NCBI GenBank assembly: GCA_964641255.1 | Contig: CAZXMM010000001.1 | Location: 809,890 to 873,889, forward strand | Length of the DNA stretch: 64,000 bases | Direction of reading: 5' to 3' | DNA from: an uncultured Gammaproteobacteria bacterium | GTDB lineage: Bacteria > Patescibacteriota > Microgenomatia > JAMCZE01 | Part shown: in pieces, positions 56,553 through 64,000 of the stretch | Numbering within the stretch: the stretch's first letter is position 1 | How the letters are laid out: each line of letters begins with the position of its first letter | Position numbers and translations under genes: made by a program | Notes under the pieces: generated by a model | The model's input: only the letters and a program-made list of their open reading frames with translations | The model's database searches: none | What the model was told of the DNA's origin: nothing

Positions 56553-57143
56553 TTAGCTATAATCGGCACTCGGTGAAACTGTATTAACAAATAGCTCTAA
56601 CTCTTTACTGGTTAGCTGCCGGTGACTTTTTAGATAATCCATTGCACTAGCTAGTTCCTTTTCCCAACCAACCTGTTTAGCCATTACCGAATAATACAAC
56701 TGGTACTCCTCAAAGGGTTTATCAGCTAGAAGCTTTATGTCCCAATAGCAAATGTAGGTTAAAATATTGTCGATGCGATCGGCAACTTTTATTTGCATTG
56801 CTCCCTTATCGCCTGAATTAATTATAGGCATAAAATAGGTCTCTGGTTGCCAATCTGTGGGCTTAGTCACTAGCCTTACTAGGCTAACTACGCGACTGGT
56901 AAACTTGCTACTTAGGTAGTTGGTATCTACGTGGTAATCTTCTACAACATCATGCAGTATTGCCGCAATTAGTACTTCGTAATCTACTACTTCATGACTG
57001 ACCAGAAAATTATGGACGTTCATGTGATGGGTCCAATAGGGCTGACCAATGACCGGTGAGGAATAGCGAATCTGATCACCAGAAAGAGTCTTGACCAGAT
57101 CAAAAGCAGATTTGCGGTAGCGAATATACTGATTAAAGCTCAT
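56553..57143 (-). CDS. Stand-alone HD-domain protein, candidate small alarmone hydrolase (RelA/SpoT-like HD)
   Basis: HD motif ILHDVVED and KVADRIDN (compare Rel LHDSIEDG / KLADRLHN in the adjacent gene). 196 aa. ATGA overlap with the rel stop. Confidence 0.6.
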   Translation of the reverse strand: MSFNQYIRYRKSAFDLVKTLSGDQIRYSSPVIGQPYWTHHMNVHNFLVSHEVVDYEVLIAAILHDVVEDYHVDTNYLSSKFTSRVVSLVRLVTKPTDWQPETYFMPIINSGDKGAMQIKVADRIDNILTYICYWDIKLLADKPFEEYQLYYSVMAKQVGWEKELASAMDYLKSHRQLTSKELELFVNTVSPSADYS

Positions 57144-58612
57144 AGATTTTTCTTAAGCTCTTTATGAATTTCTCTTCTGGCGGCGCTGGTAACCACATAT
57201 TTTAGCCAATCACTTTTGGGTTTACTCTTTTCCGAAACAAATATTTCACAAACGTCTCCTGACTTTAGCGAGTGGTCAAATCCAGTAGCCTTGCCATTGA
57301 CCCTAGCACCCATTGCCCGATGGCCCAGACTAGTATGGACACTATATGCAAAATCAATCGGCGTTGATCCGGCGGGTAAATCTTTAACATCTCCCTTGGG
57401 AGTAAAGACAAAAATCCGATCGGATAAGAAGTCCTTGCGTAAACCATCATAAAACTGCTTGTTGTCCTTGACTTCGTTATGCCAATCAGCGAGTTGCTTA
57501 ACCCAGGCCAATTTATGATTCGGGGCAACTACTCCGGCTTCTAGTTTCTCGTCAGCCACGCCTTGAGCTTTTAACTCGGCATAATAAAAATGGGAGGCTA
57601 CCCCTAATTCGGCCTCATAGTGCATAGCGTGAGTTCTAATTTGGATCTCAATGATTCTATCGTTGGGACCGTAGACCTTGACGTGAATTGACCGGTAACC
57701 ATTGGGCTTAGGGATCGCCACAAAATCAGAAATCGGTATCCAAGAAACCGGCTTAAATAAATGGTTGACTACACCTAAAGCGGTGTAACAATCAGGAATA
57801 GTGGCGACTAAAATTCTAAAGGCCGCCAAGTCATGAATTTTAGCTATATCTCGGTCATTTTCTGGTCGCAGCAGTTTGCGATACAAACTATAGAGATGCT
57901 TGCGGCGGGATTTAATCTCTGCCTTAACACCATGACTTTCTAGTCCACGATAGAGTTTAGTGTTAATTTCTTCGATGTGATTTTCAATGTTACTAAAAGC
58001 GGTGTCGGCCAGCTCTTTGACCCAGACATAATCGGCTGGATAGAGAAAAGAAAAGGCCAGATCTTCAAGCTCTGCCTTAGTCGCGCCCATTTGCAGTCGG
58101 TCAGCCAGGGGGGCATAGATTTCCAGAGTTTCCCGGGCAATCCTTAGCTGTTTATCGGGGGCGAGATAGTGTAGAGTTCTCATGTTATGGAGTCGGTCAG
58201 CCAGCTTGACAATCACCACCCGAATATCCCTGGCCATAGCGACAAACATTTTACGAAGATTCTCCACAAAGACTTCAGACTGACTATTGCCTAGTCTAAG
58301 CTTGCCCAGCTTGGTCACCCCCTCAACTAAAAAAGCCACGCTGCTGCCAAATTGCTCGGCTATATCCTCCCCCTTGGCCGCTCCGTCTTCAATAGAATCA
58401 TGCAGTAGCCCAGCAGCCACAGTGTCCGTATCCATTTTCCACTGAGCCAAAATTAGAGCGGTCTGCGCCACATGAGTGAAAAACGGCTCTCCGGATTTAC
58501 GTTTTTGACCGTCATGGGCCAGCTTGGCAAAATTGATTGCTTTTACTACCACAGCCCGGTCCAAATCGGGATTGGCTCCTAAAATGGCTTCAAGATATTC
58601 ATCAGTAATCAT
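57140..58612 (-). CDS. rel: Bifunctional (p)ppGpp synthetase/hydrolase Rel (short form lacking ACT)
   Basis: HD domain (HDSIEDG; KLADRLHNMRT), synthetase domain (RSIHVKV..EIQIRT) and TGS domain. 490 aa. Confidence 0.9.
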   Translation of the reverse strand: MITDEYLEAILGANPDLDRAVVVKAINFAKLAHDGQKRKSGEPFFTHVAQTALILAQWKMDTDTVAAGLLHDSIEDGAAKGEDIAEQFGSSVAFLVEGVTKLGKLRLGNSQSEVFVENLRKMFVAMARDIRVVIVKLADRLHNMRTLHYLAPDKQLRIARETLEIYAPLADRLQMGATKAELEDLAFSFLYPADYVWVKELADTAFSNIENHIEEINTKLYRGLESHGVKAEIKSRRKHLYSLYRKLLRPENDRDIAKIHDLAAFRILVATIPDCYTALGVVNHLFKPVSWIPISDFVAIPKPNGYRSIHVKVYGPNDRIIEIQIRTHAMHYEAELGVASHFYYAELKAQGVADEKLEAGVVAPNHKLAWVKQLADWHNEVKDNKQFYDGLRKDFLSDRIFVFTPKGDVKDLPAGSTPIDFAYSVHTSLGHRAMGARVNGKATGFDHSLKSGDVCEIFVSEKSKPKSDWLKYVVTSAARREIHKELKKNL

Positions 58613-58676
58613 GTAAAGTCAAAATCCTCCCTTGACTGGGGAGGATTAAAAAAAATATGATTCTACGCCCTCCAGG

Positions 58677-59990
58677 CTATTTTACACTAAAAAACCGCTG
58701 ACTAAAATCTAGACCTTTTTCCAGGAGATCTTTTTTAAAGTTTTCCTCCACTCCGTGCATGTTGCAATCTTCATTGACTAGAGGAACTAACATAGTATCG
58801 GCTCCCAGCACTTGCTTGAAAGTAAAAACCACCGGAATGGCTCCCCCCACGTGCTTTAAGAGAGGGGGTTTGCCAAATGAGTCTTTGAGGTGTTTTTGTA
58901 CCTGAACAACTTTTGGCGCCGTGATGTCCACTTTGACGGGAAAATGTGGGCCGTGGAAAGAGATGGAACTATCGACATAGCTAGGCGTCACTGACTGAAC
59001 ATATTTTTTAAGCCTGGCCATTTCTTGTTCCGGATCTTGGTTGGGCACCAACCGAAAATTCAATCTGACTTCGGCTACGGCGGGAATGATATTGGCATAG
59101 CCCTCAGAAATATAGCCAGACTTAAAACCAGTCGCTTGTACTGACGGGCGCAGTCCAGTTTGGGAATAAAAATCCAAGCCGTCTTCGGTTAGTAATTTTT
59201 TAATTCCAGCAGAAGTAATAAAGTCTCCTGATTCTTTTAGCAGCCGCTGATTGTTTTTCTTTTGCTCCGGGGTCACTTTTTCCGCGTCGTCGTAAAACCC
59301 AGGAATAGTACACTGATTCTTAGAGTCATAGAGACCCGCAACGAAACTAGCCAACTCGTGAGTGGCATTGGGAATGGCACTACCAAAAATGCCCGAGTGC
59401 AAATTGGTATTGGCTGTTTTAAAAGTCACCGTCGCGTTAAAACCTCCGCGTAGCGACACTTCCAAAGCGGGGGTTTCCCCCACCATTTCACCGTCAGATA
59501 CCAACACGTGGTCTACTTTCAACTTAGCTTTATTCTTTTTAACCAGTTCATCAAGGTCCCCCCCGGCGGTTTCTTCGTCGCCCTCCAAGAGAAAGATCAC
59601 GTTATAGCCCAACCTATTTTTGGCTAGCAAATCAAAAACAGTAGCGATGTGGATTAGCACTTGACCCTTGTTGTCAATAATGCCGCGGGCAAAGAGCCGG
59701 TCGTTTGTTTCTCGAACCGTAAAAGGATCAGCTTTCCAACCATCTTCTTTCTCTGCAGGCTGTACATCATAGTGGCCATAAACTAGCACTGTTTCTTTTT
59801 GGCCGGCATTGTAGGAAGCAAAAACTACCGGATTGGCGCTGGAACGCCAGATTTCCACTTGAAAATTATGCTCGCTGAACAGTGTCTCCAGCCACGAGAC
59901 CGTCTTTTCAATTTCCCCCTTAAACTGCGGGTCGGTCGAAACGCTTTTAAAGGCGATGAATTCTGGTAACAGATCGCGATAGGTTTTCAT
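58677..59990 (-). CDS. M20 family peptidase (dipeptidase/ArgE-DapE-like)
   Basis: VYGHYDVQP, DGW..PF and GIIDNKG motifs. Confidence 0.8.
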   Translation of the reverse strand: MKTYRDLLPEFIAFKSVSTDPQFKGEIEKTVSWLETLFSEHNFQVEIWRSSANPVVFASYNAGQKETVLVYGHYDVQPAEKEDGWKADPFTVRETNDRLFARGIIDNKGQVLIHIATVFDLLAKNRLGYNVIFLLEGDEETAGGDLDELVKKNKAKLKVDHVLVSDGEMVGETPALEVSLRGGFNATVTFKTANTNLHSGIFGSAIPNATHELASFVAGLYDSKNQCTIPGFYDDAEKVTPEQKKNNQRLLKESGDFITSAGIKKLLTEDGLDFYSQTGLRPSVQATGFKSGYISEGYANIIPAVAEVRLNFRLVPNQDPEQEMARLKKYVQSVTPSYVDSSISFHGPHFPVKVDITAPKVVQVQKHLKDSFGKPPLLKHVGGAIPVVFTFKQVLGADTMLVPLVNEDCNMHGVEENFKKDLLEKGLDFSQRFFSVK

Positions 59991-59993
59991 TAG

Positions 59994-60248
59994 TTACCTA
60001 TAATGAGCTGTTATGACTAAAATTTCAATAGCTTGCCTGTCCTCTCGCCAAATAAACAAGACCCGATACTTCCGATCAAGCCGAAAACTGTAAATTCCTT
60101 TGTCGGATGGCTCCAAAAGTTCCGTATGTAAACCTGGATGTCTAGGATTGTATTGAAAGAGTGCGATTTGTTTACTAAATTTCGACTGAAGATTGTGGTC
60201 GCGAAGATATTTTTCGCTTTCCGAGTTTAAGCGTAAAATTTTAAGCAT
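59994..60248 (-). CDS. Type II toxin, RelE/ParE/YafQ superfamily
   Basis: 84 aa. C-terminal KYRVLFIWREDRQAIEILVITAHYR. ATG at 60248. 8-nt overlap with the upstream RHH gene. Confidence 0.65.
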   Translation of the reverse strand: MLKILRLNSESEKYLRDHNLQSKFSKQIALFQYNPRHPGLHTELLEPSDKGIYSFRLDRKYRVLFIWREDRQAIEILVITAHYR

Positions 60249-60528
60249 TAAAGTAACTGCTTTGTTTTAAGCCCTTCTCCAAATCTTTTAAAAAGGCGGC
60301 TGAATATCTCTTGGTCTTTTTAAAATTGGCTAATACCTCCTTGCGGCTTTTAACTGATGGGGTAGAAAAAGGAAACCGCGCTACTTCAGCAATCTTAGCA
60401 GTATCACCTAGCACGTAGCGCAGCAGGGCACGAAAAAACTCGCTGCGGTTAGCAAAACCAAACTGAGTTTGCAAAACATCGACGTGTTTTACTTGATCGC
60501 TAGTGAGAGAAATATTAATGGTGCTCAT
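60241..60528 (-). CDS. Ribbon-helix-helix (CopG/ParD/DinJ-like) antitoxin
   Basis: N-terminal RHH (TINISLTSDQVKHVDVLQTQFGFANRSEFFRALL). 95 aa. Confidence 0.6.
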   Translation of the reverse strand: MSTINISLTSDQVKHVDVLQTQFGFANRSEFFRALLRYVLGDTAKIAEVARFPFSTPSVKSRKEVLANFKKTKRYSAAFLKDLEKGLKQSSYFNA

Positions 60529-60548
60529 GAAAGAATTTTAGCACACTT

Positions 60549-60563
60549 TGTCAAAGTTTGACA
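60549..60563. promoter_or_regulatory. Perfect palindrome TGTCAAA-G-TTTGACA upstream of the RHH antitoxin gene (putative operator)
   Basis: Seen directly, 21 nt upstream of the ATG at 60528. Confidence 0.5.
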
Positions 60564-60567
60564 GGAA

Positions 60568-61986
60568 TCAGTAGGCTTGGGCAAAGAGCCAGCGATGGGT
60601 AGCTTCCTGGCCACAATAAATGCACACGCCCTTTTCCTCTTTGGAATCGAGTGGCAAACAACGAGTGGTCGCTTTGGTTTCGCCCTTTATTTTTTCCTCA
60701 CACCCGGGGTCCTCACACCAAAGCGCTAAAATAAATCCTTTTGGTCCCGCCATAATTTCTTTGAACTGGGCGTATTCATTAACTATATGGGTGTGGTCTT
60801 CAGTAAATTTCTGATGTCTGACCAAAAGATCATTTTGGACTCTTTCCAAAAGATCAGCAATTTCCTTGGCAAAACTCTGAACCGCAATTTGCAATGCTTC
60901 TCCAGTATCCCGCCTGACCACCTTGACACTTTGACTCGCTACTTCCTTATCTCCAATTTCCACCCGCAGTGGCACCCCCCTCACTTCCCATTTATTGAAT
61001 TTAAAACCAGTGGATTCTCCCTCTTTGGCATCAACTTCCACTCGGAGAGTTTTAATCTCGTTTGCCAATTTATAGGCCAGGGCGGCTGCACCCTCGGCAG
61101 TAGGAATCGGCACCAAGACCACTTGAATAGGAGCTATTCTTGGTGGCAACACGAGCCCATCATCATCACCATGAACCATGATGAGCGGGCCAATACTTCT
61201 AGTAGAGAATCCCCAACTATTTTGCCAGGGATAAATCTTGTCTTGATTTCTACCAGTCACAGTCCAGTCAAAGGCTTTAGCAAAATTTTGGCCCAAATCA
61301 TGCGAAGTGCAAGCCTGGAGCGCTTTACCGTCAGGCATCAGCATTTCGTAGGTATAGGTTTTAAGGGCTCCAGCAAATTTTTCGGATTCGCTCTTGACTC
61401 CCGGAATGCCGTAGAGCGACATAAGAGAACGATAAGTGTCGGTATAGAGATTTAGGGCCCAACGAACTACCCCCTCTGATTCTTCATGGGTTTCATGAGC
61501 ACAGTGGCCTTCTTGCCACAAAAATTCGCTGGTGCGCAAAAAAAGATACGTGCGCTTTTCCCACCGCACTACATTGTTCCACTGATTGATAAGGACTGGT
61601 AAATCTCGGTAACTCTGCGTCCACTGTTTATACATTTCATACATGATGGTTTCTGAGGTGGGACGAACAATCAATTTTTCTTTCAGTTCTTCATTACCAG
61701 CAATGGTCACAACCGCCACCTCTGGAGCAAAACCCTCTACGTGTTCTTTTTCTTTGTGAAGATAGGACTCAGGAATAAATAGTGGAAAGTACGCATTTTT
61801 GACTCCCCGCTCCTTAATCCTTGGATCCATAAACTGCTGAATTCCTTCCCATAAGGCATAACCGTAGGGACGAATGACCATACAGCCCCGAACCGGAGCG
61901 TAGTCAGCCAGTTCCGATTTCAAAACTACGTCTTGATACCAGTCCGACAGAACTTCAGATTTCTTAGCTAAAAACTTTTTTGCCAT
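60568..61986 (-). CDS. proS: Prolyl-tRNA synthetase (archaeal/eukaryotic type, no editing insertion, C-terminal Zn-binding domain)
   Basis: Class II motifs, anticodon-binding domain and C-terminal CEDPGC...CIYCG..Y. Confidence 0.9.
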   Translation of the reverse strand: MAKKFLAKKSEVLSDWYQDVVLKSELADYAPVRGCMVIRPYGYALWEGIQQFMDPRIKERGVKNAYFPLFIPESYLHKEKEHVEGFAPEVAVVTIAGNEELKEKLIVRPTSETIMYEMYKQWTQSYRDLPVLINQWNNVVRWEKRTYLFLRTSEFLWQEGHCAHETHEESEGVVRWALNLYTDTYRSLMSLYGIPGVKSESEKFAGALKTYTYEMLMPDGKALQACTSHDLGQNFAKAFDWTVTGRNQDKIYPWQNSWGFSTRSIGPLIMVHGDDDGLVLPPRIAPIQVVLVPIPTAEGAAALAYKLANEIKTLRVEVDAKEGESTGFKFNKWEVRGVPLRVEIGDKEVASQSVKVVRRDTGEALQIAVQSFAKEIADLLERVQNDLLVRHQKFTEDHTHIVNEYAQFKEIMAGPKGFILALWCEDPGCEEKIKGETKATTRCLPLDSKEEKGVCIYCGQEATHRWLFAQAY

Positions 61987-61989
61987 AGG

Positions 61990-62325
61990 TTAAAACAATT
62001 TCCCTCCAACTTCGGCCATCGCCTTGTCCGGGGTAATTAAAATACAATTATGCTCCCCGTCTGGAACACCTAGTGTCAACACTTCCGAAACAAATGGTCC
62101 AATTTGCCGTGGTGGAAAATTAACTACTCCTAATACTAGCTTACCAATAAGTTCTTCCTTTTTATAGTGATGAACCACCTGGACACTGGAGTACTTAAGG
62201 CCAATTTCTACGCCAAAATCGATAGTCAGTTTGTATGCTGGCTTCTTTGCTTCCGGAAAATCGTCTACAGCGGTGACTTTCCCAACTCTAATATCCAATT
62301 TTAGAAAATCATCAATTGTGGCCAT
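61990..62325 (-). CDS. tRNA-binding domain protein (CsaA/EMAP-like)
   Basis: MATIDDFLKLDIRVGKV..AYKLTIDFG..EELIGKLVLGVVNFPPRQIGP. ATG at 62325. Confidence 0.7.
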   Translation of the reverse strand: MATIDDFLKLDIRVGKVTAVDDFPEAKKPAYKLTIDFGVEIGLKYSSVQVVHHYKKEELIGKLVLGVVNFPPRQIGPFVSEVLTLGVPDGEHNCILITPDKAMAEVGGKLF

Positions 62326-62599
62326 AATAAATCTAAATAAATAATTAATCCGACACTGACAAGTTTTTAGGCATAAAAAAATCGCCTCCTCCAAAACCAT
62401 AATAATGGTTTGGAAGGGACGAATTATCGTGTTACCACCCTTCGTTTACAAAAACATTACTGTTTTTGTCTTAATAAGTGCTTTTAAAAACACACTCGGT
62501 CGAATTTACGGTTGACTTCCGTCCTGCTCGTCGCAGTCAGCTCCAGGGCGGGAAACCCCTTCATCGCTTTGATTTATTTTAGACTCTCAGCTTTTTTTG

Positions 62600-62782
62600 T
62601 CAAGCAGTCAGCTTTTCTAATTTCCTCGGCCTTTTATAAAGCCCATATTTCTTAGCGAGTAAAATCCCCGCTCTTTCCCTGACAACTGGCCAAGGAGTGT
62701 ATTCGATCTTACCTTTAGGATTTAAGGACCCAGCCAATTCATCGACTATATCCTTAACTGCAGGTTTAGTAGCCGTATACAT
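62600..62782 (-). CDS. Small hypothetical basic protein
   Basis: 60 aa, immediately downstream of rseP (3-nt gap). No motif recognised. Confidence 0.3.
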   Translation of the reverse strand: MYTATKPAVKDIVDELAGSLNPKGKIEYTPWPVVRERAGILLAKKYGLYKRPRKLEKLTA

Positions 62783-62785
62783 AAA

Positions 62786-63937
62786 TTATTTCCTAATAAT
62801 CTTGGTTATGTCATTGTAGCTTATAACAACAATGAGAAGCAAAACTAGGACCATTCCTCCTTGGTTGATAAAGTTTTCGATTTTGGCTGGCACCCGGCGC
62901 TTAGTCAGAGCCTCAATAAGAAGAAATACTAGTCTCCCCCCGTCAAAAGCTGGAATGGGCAGAATATTCATAAAAGCCAATGATAAAGATAGTACCCCAA
63001 CCAGATTGATAAGAACGATGACACTTTGGATTCCCCCTAAACCTAGGATCTCTTCAATCAGTTTAAAGATAAAGATCGGGCCAGACACGGTATCAGTCAC
63101 TGGCCCCACATCACCTGACTCCTTAGCCATGGTTACAAAATGAGAAATGACACTAATGTTATAAACCAGAGTGTCGATGGAGAAAGTGACTCCTGATAAC
63201 GCCCTTTGGGCAGGAGTTTCAAATTTAATCTCATAAGCATCGCCAATTCCTACCCCAAGAGCCCCCTCATTGACTGGTGGATTGGACCGAGGCGTCACCA
63301 CCGCTGTTTTCTCTCCGGTAAAATCAAGCTTTTCAAACACTAAAGTTACCGGCTGCTCGACTCTGCTTTTGATGTAATTTTGAAATTCCGACACACTAGT
63401 AAACTTCTTCCCATCCGCTCTCACCAGCATATCCCCAGTAACAATTTTTGCACTATCCGCCGGACTACCCGGCTGGACACCGCTTACAACAATTCGAGTT
63501 TCGTAGCTACTGATAAAAGTGGACTCCGCCAGCTTGGGCAGCATTACCCTAAACCCAGATAAAGATAGGAACAGATAAAAAGCTCCGATTGCTAAAATAG
63601 CGTTCATAATCACCCCAGCGACTACCACCCCAATTCTGGCTCCCACCGGCGCTTTATAAAATTCCTTGCCTTTAGTAGCAATGACTTTGTCAGTTTTGCT
63701 CACTTCTCCCTCTTCCCCGAGCAGTCTGACAAAGCCACCAAACAAAAGCGGATAAAAAGACAACTGTAGTCCTCCTTTAAGACGCTTTTTCCACAGCGGC
63801 TTAGTAAAAGGTAGTCCCAGTGCAAACTCAACCGCGCTAATACCGGCTAACCTAGCAGCCAGAAAGTGGCCAAACTCGTGGATCATAACGAGAAGCGATA
63901 AAACTAAGAAAAAGGTGATTGCGGCTAAAACTAGCAT
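62786..63937 (-). CDS. rseP: RIP metalloprotease RseP (site-2 protease, M50) with PDZ domain
   Basis: HEFGHFLAAR HExxH motif in TM1, a PDZ domain, and a second metal-ligand region near the C-terminus. Confidence 0.85.
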   Translation of the reverse strand: MLVLAAITFFLVLSLLVMIHEFGHFLAARLAGISAVEFALGLPFTKPLWKKRLKGGLQLSFYPLLFGGFVRLLGEEGEVSKTDKVIATKGKEFYKAPVGARIGVVVAGVIMNAILAIGAFYLFLSLSGFRVMLPKLAESTFISSYETRIVVSGVQPGSPADSAKIVTGDMLVRADGKKFTSVSEFQNYIKSRVEQPVTLVFEKLDFTGEKTAVVTPRSNPPVNEGALGVGIGDAYEIKFETPAQRALSGVTFSIDTLVYNISVISHFVTMAKESGDVGPVTDTVSGPIFIFKLIEEILGLGGIQSVIVLINLVGVLSLSLAFMNILPIPAFDGGRLVFLLIEALTKRRVPAKIENFINQGGMVLVLLLIVVISYNDITKIIRK

Positions 63938-64000
63938 AGGCAGCCCAAAAATTTACTACTTTTAAAGAGTGAGGAGTTCCTTTTCTTTTTCCAGCACCAG

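Noticed and set aside
58613-58676. Hairpin AATCCTCCC-ttgactg-GGGAGGATT between the M20 peptidase gene and rel as a terminator
   Set aside because: On the transcribed (minus) strand the T-run precedes the hairpin rather than following it. The GGAGG arm more likely serves as the rel RBS. Not reported as a terminator.
62401-62599. SRP (4.5S) RNA in the large intergenic region
   Set aside because: There is a GGAA tetraloop hairpin with an adjacent AGCAG, but the strand order of the conserved domain IV elements is wrong (AGCAG 5' of the tetraloop instead of 3'). Kept only as a low-interest 'structured region' finding.
1-64000. CRISPR arrays, rRNA genes, transposases, integrases or phage genes
   Set aside because: No regularly spaced direct repeats, no rRNA-like conserved stretches, and no DDE, tyrosine or serine recombinase motifs were seen in any ORF. 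The AT-rich island is not flanked by a tRNA or recognisable att-like direct repeats.
1-64000. Alternative genetic code (UGA=Gly, code 25) as in some CPR lineages
   Set aside because: With the standard code, conserved proteins (DnaB, HisRS, CysRS, ProRS, Rel, DnaX) come out at full expected lengths without in-frame UGA. RF1 is present. Code 11 is consistent.

Overview
This 64 kb window is a densely coded chromosomal segment (about 90% coding, genes on both strands, many 1–14 nt overlaps). Overall GC is roughly mid-40s %. The standard genetic code fits: ORFs are intact and of the expected sizes. The content looks like a small-genome, possibly CPR/Patescibacteria-like bacterium: archaeal-type ProRS, a short 490-aa Rel, a short DnaX, and many small secreted or membrane hypotheticals.

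Housekeeping genes recognised from protein motifs:
- partial lgt, efp, a tRNA-Leu(CAA), dnaB, hisS, rpmE, prfA (PVT and GGQ motifs);
- an rpsF-ssb-rpsR operon, ychF, msrB-msrA, pyrD, rlmE, prmC, yjjX, cysS;
- a recR-ybaB-dnaX-ybeY-yqeY-rpsU-HIT operon (rpsU is 59 aa and absent from the ORF track);
- proS, a CsaA-like tRNA-binding protein and rseP.

Accessory content worth attention:
1. Three type II toxin-antitoxin modules (Phd/YefM-RelE, VapBC, RHH-RelE/YafQ-like), each with a recognisable operator repeat.
2. A frameshifted KsgA/Erm-family rRNA adenine dimethyltransferase that translationally overlaps a minimal ABC-F ATPase.
3. A ~30 bp sequence motif present three times upstream of consecutive minus-strand genes at 16.9–18.9 kb (a DUF2419/queuosine-salvage-like protein, a membrane protein and a P-loop kinase).
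4. An AT-rich island (~50.6–56.5 kb; composition judged by eye, not computed) encoding GT2, an LmbE/PIG-L deacetylase, an M24 peptidase, a cupin-methyltransferase fusion and two large unknowns.
5. A stand-alone HD-domain small alarmone hydrolase candidate overlapping rel.
6. A promoter/hairpin/terminator leader directly in front of a small ORF and cysS.

No CRISPR array, rRNA, transposase or integrase was seen.
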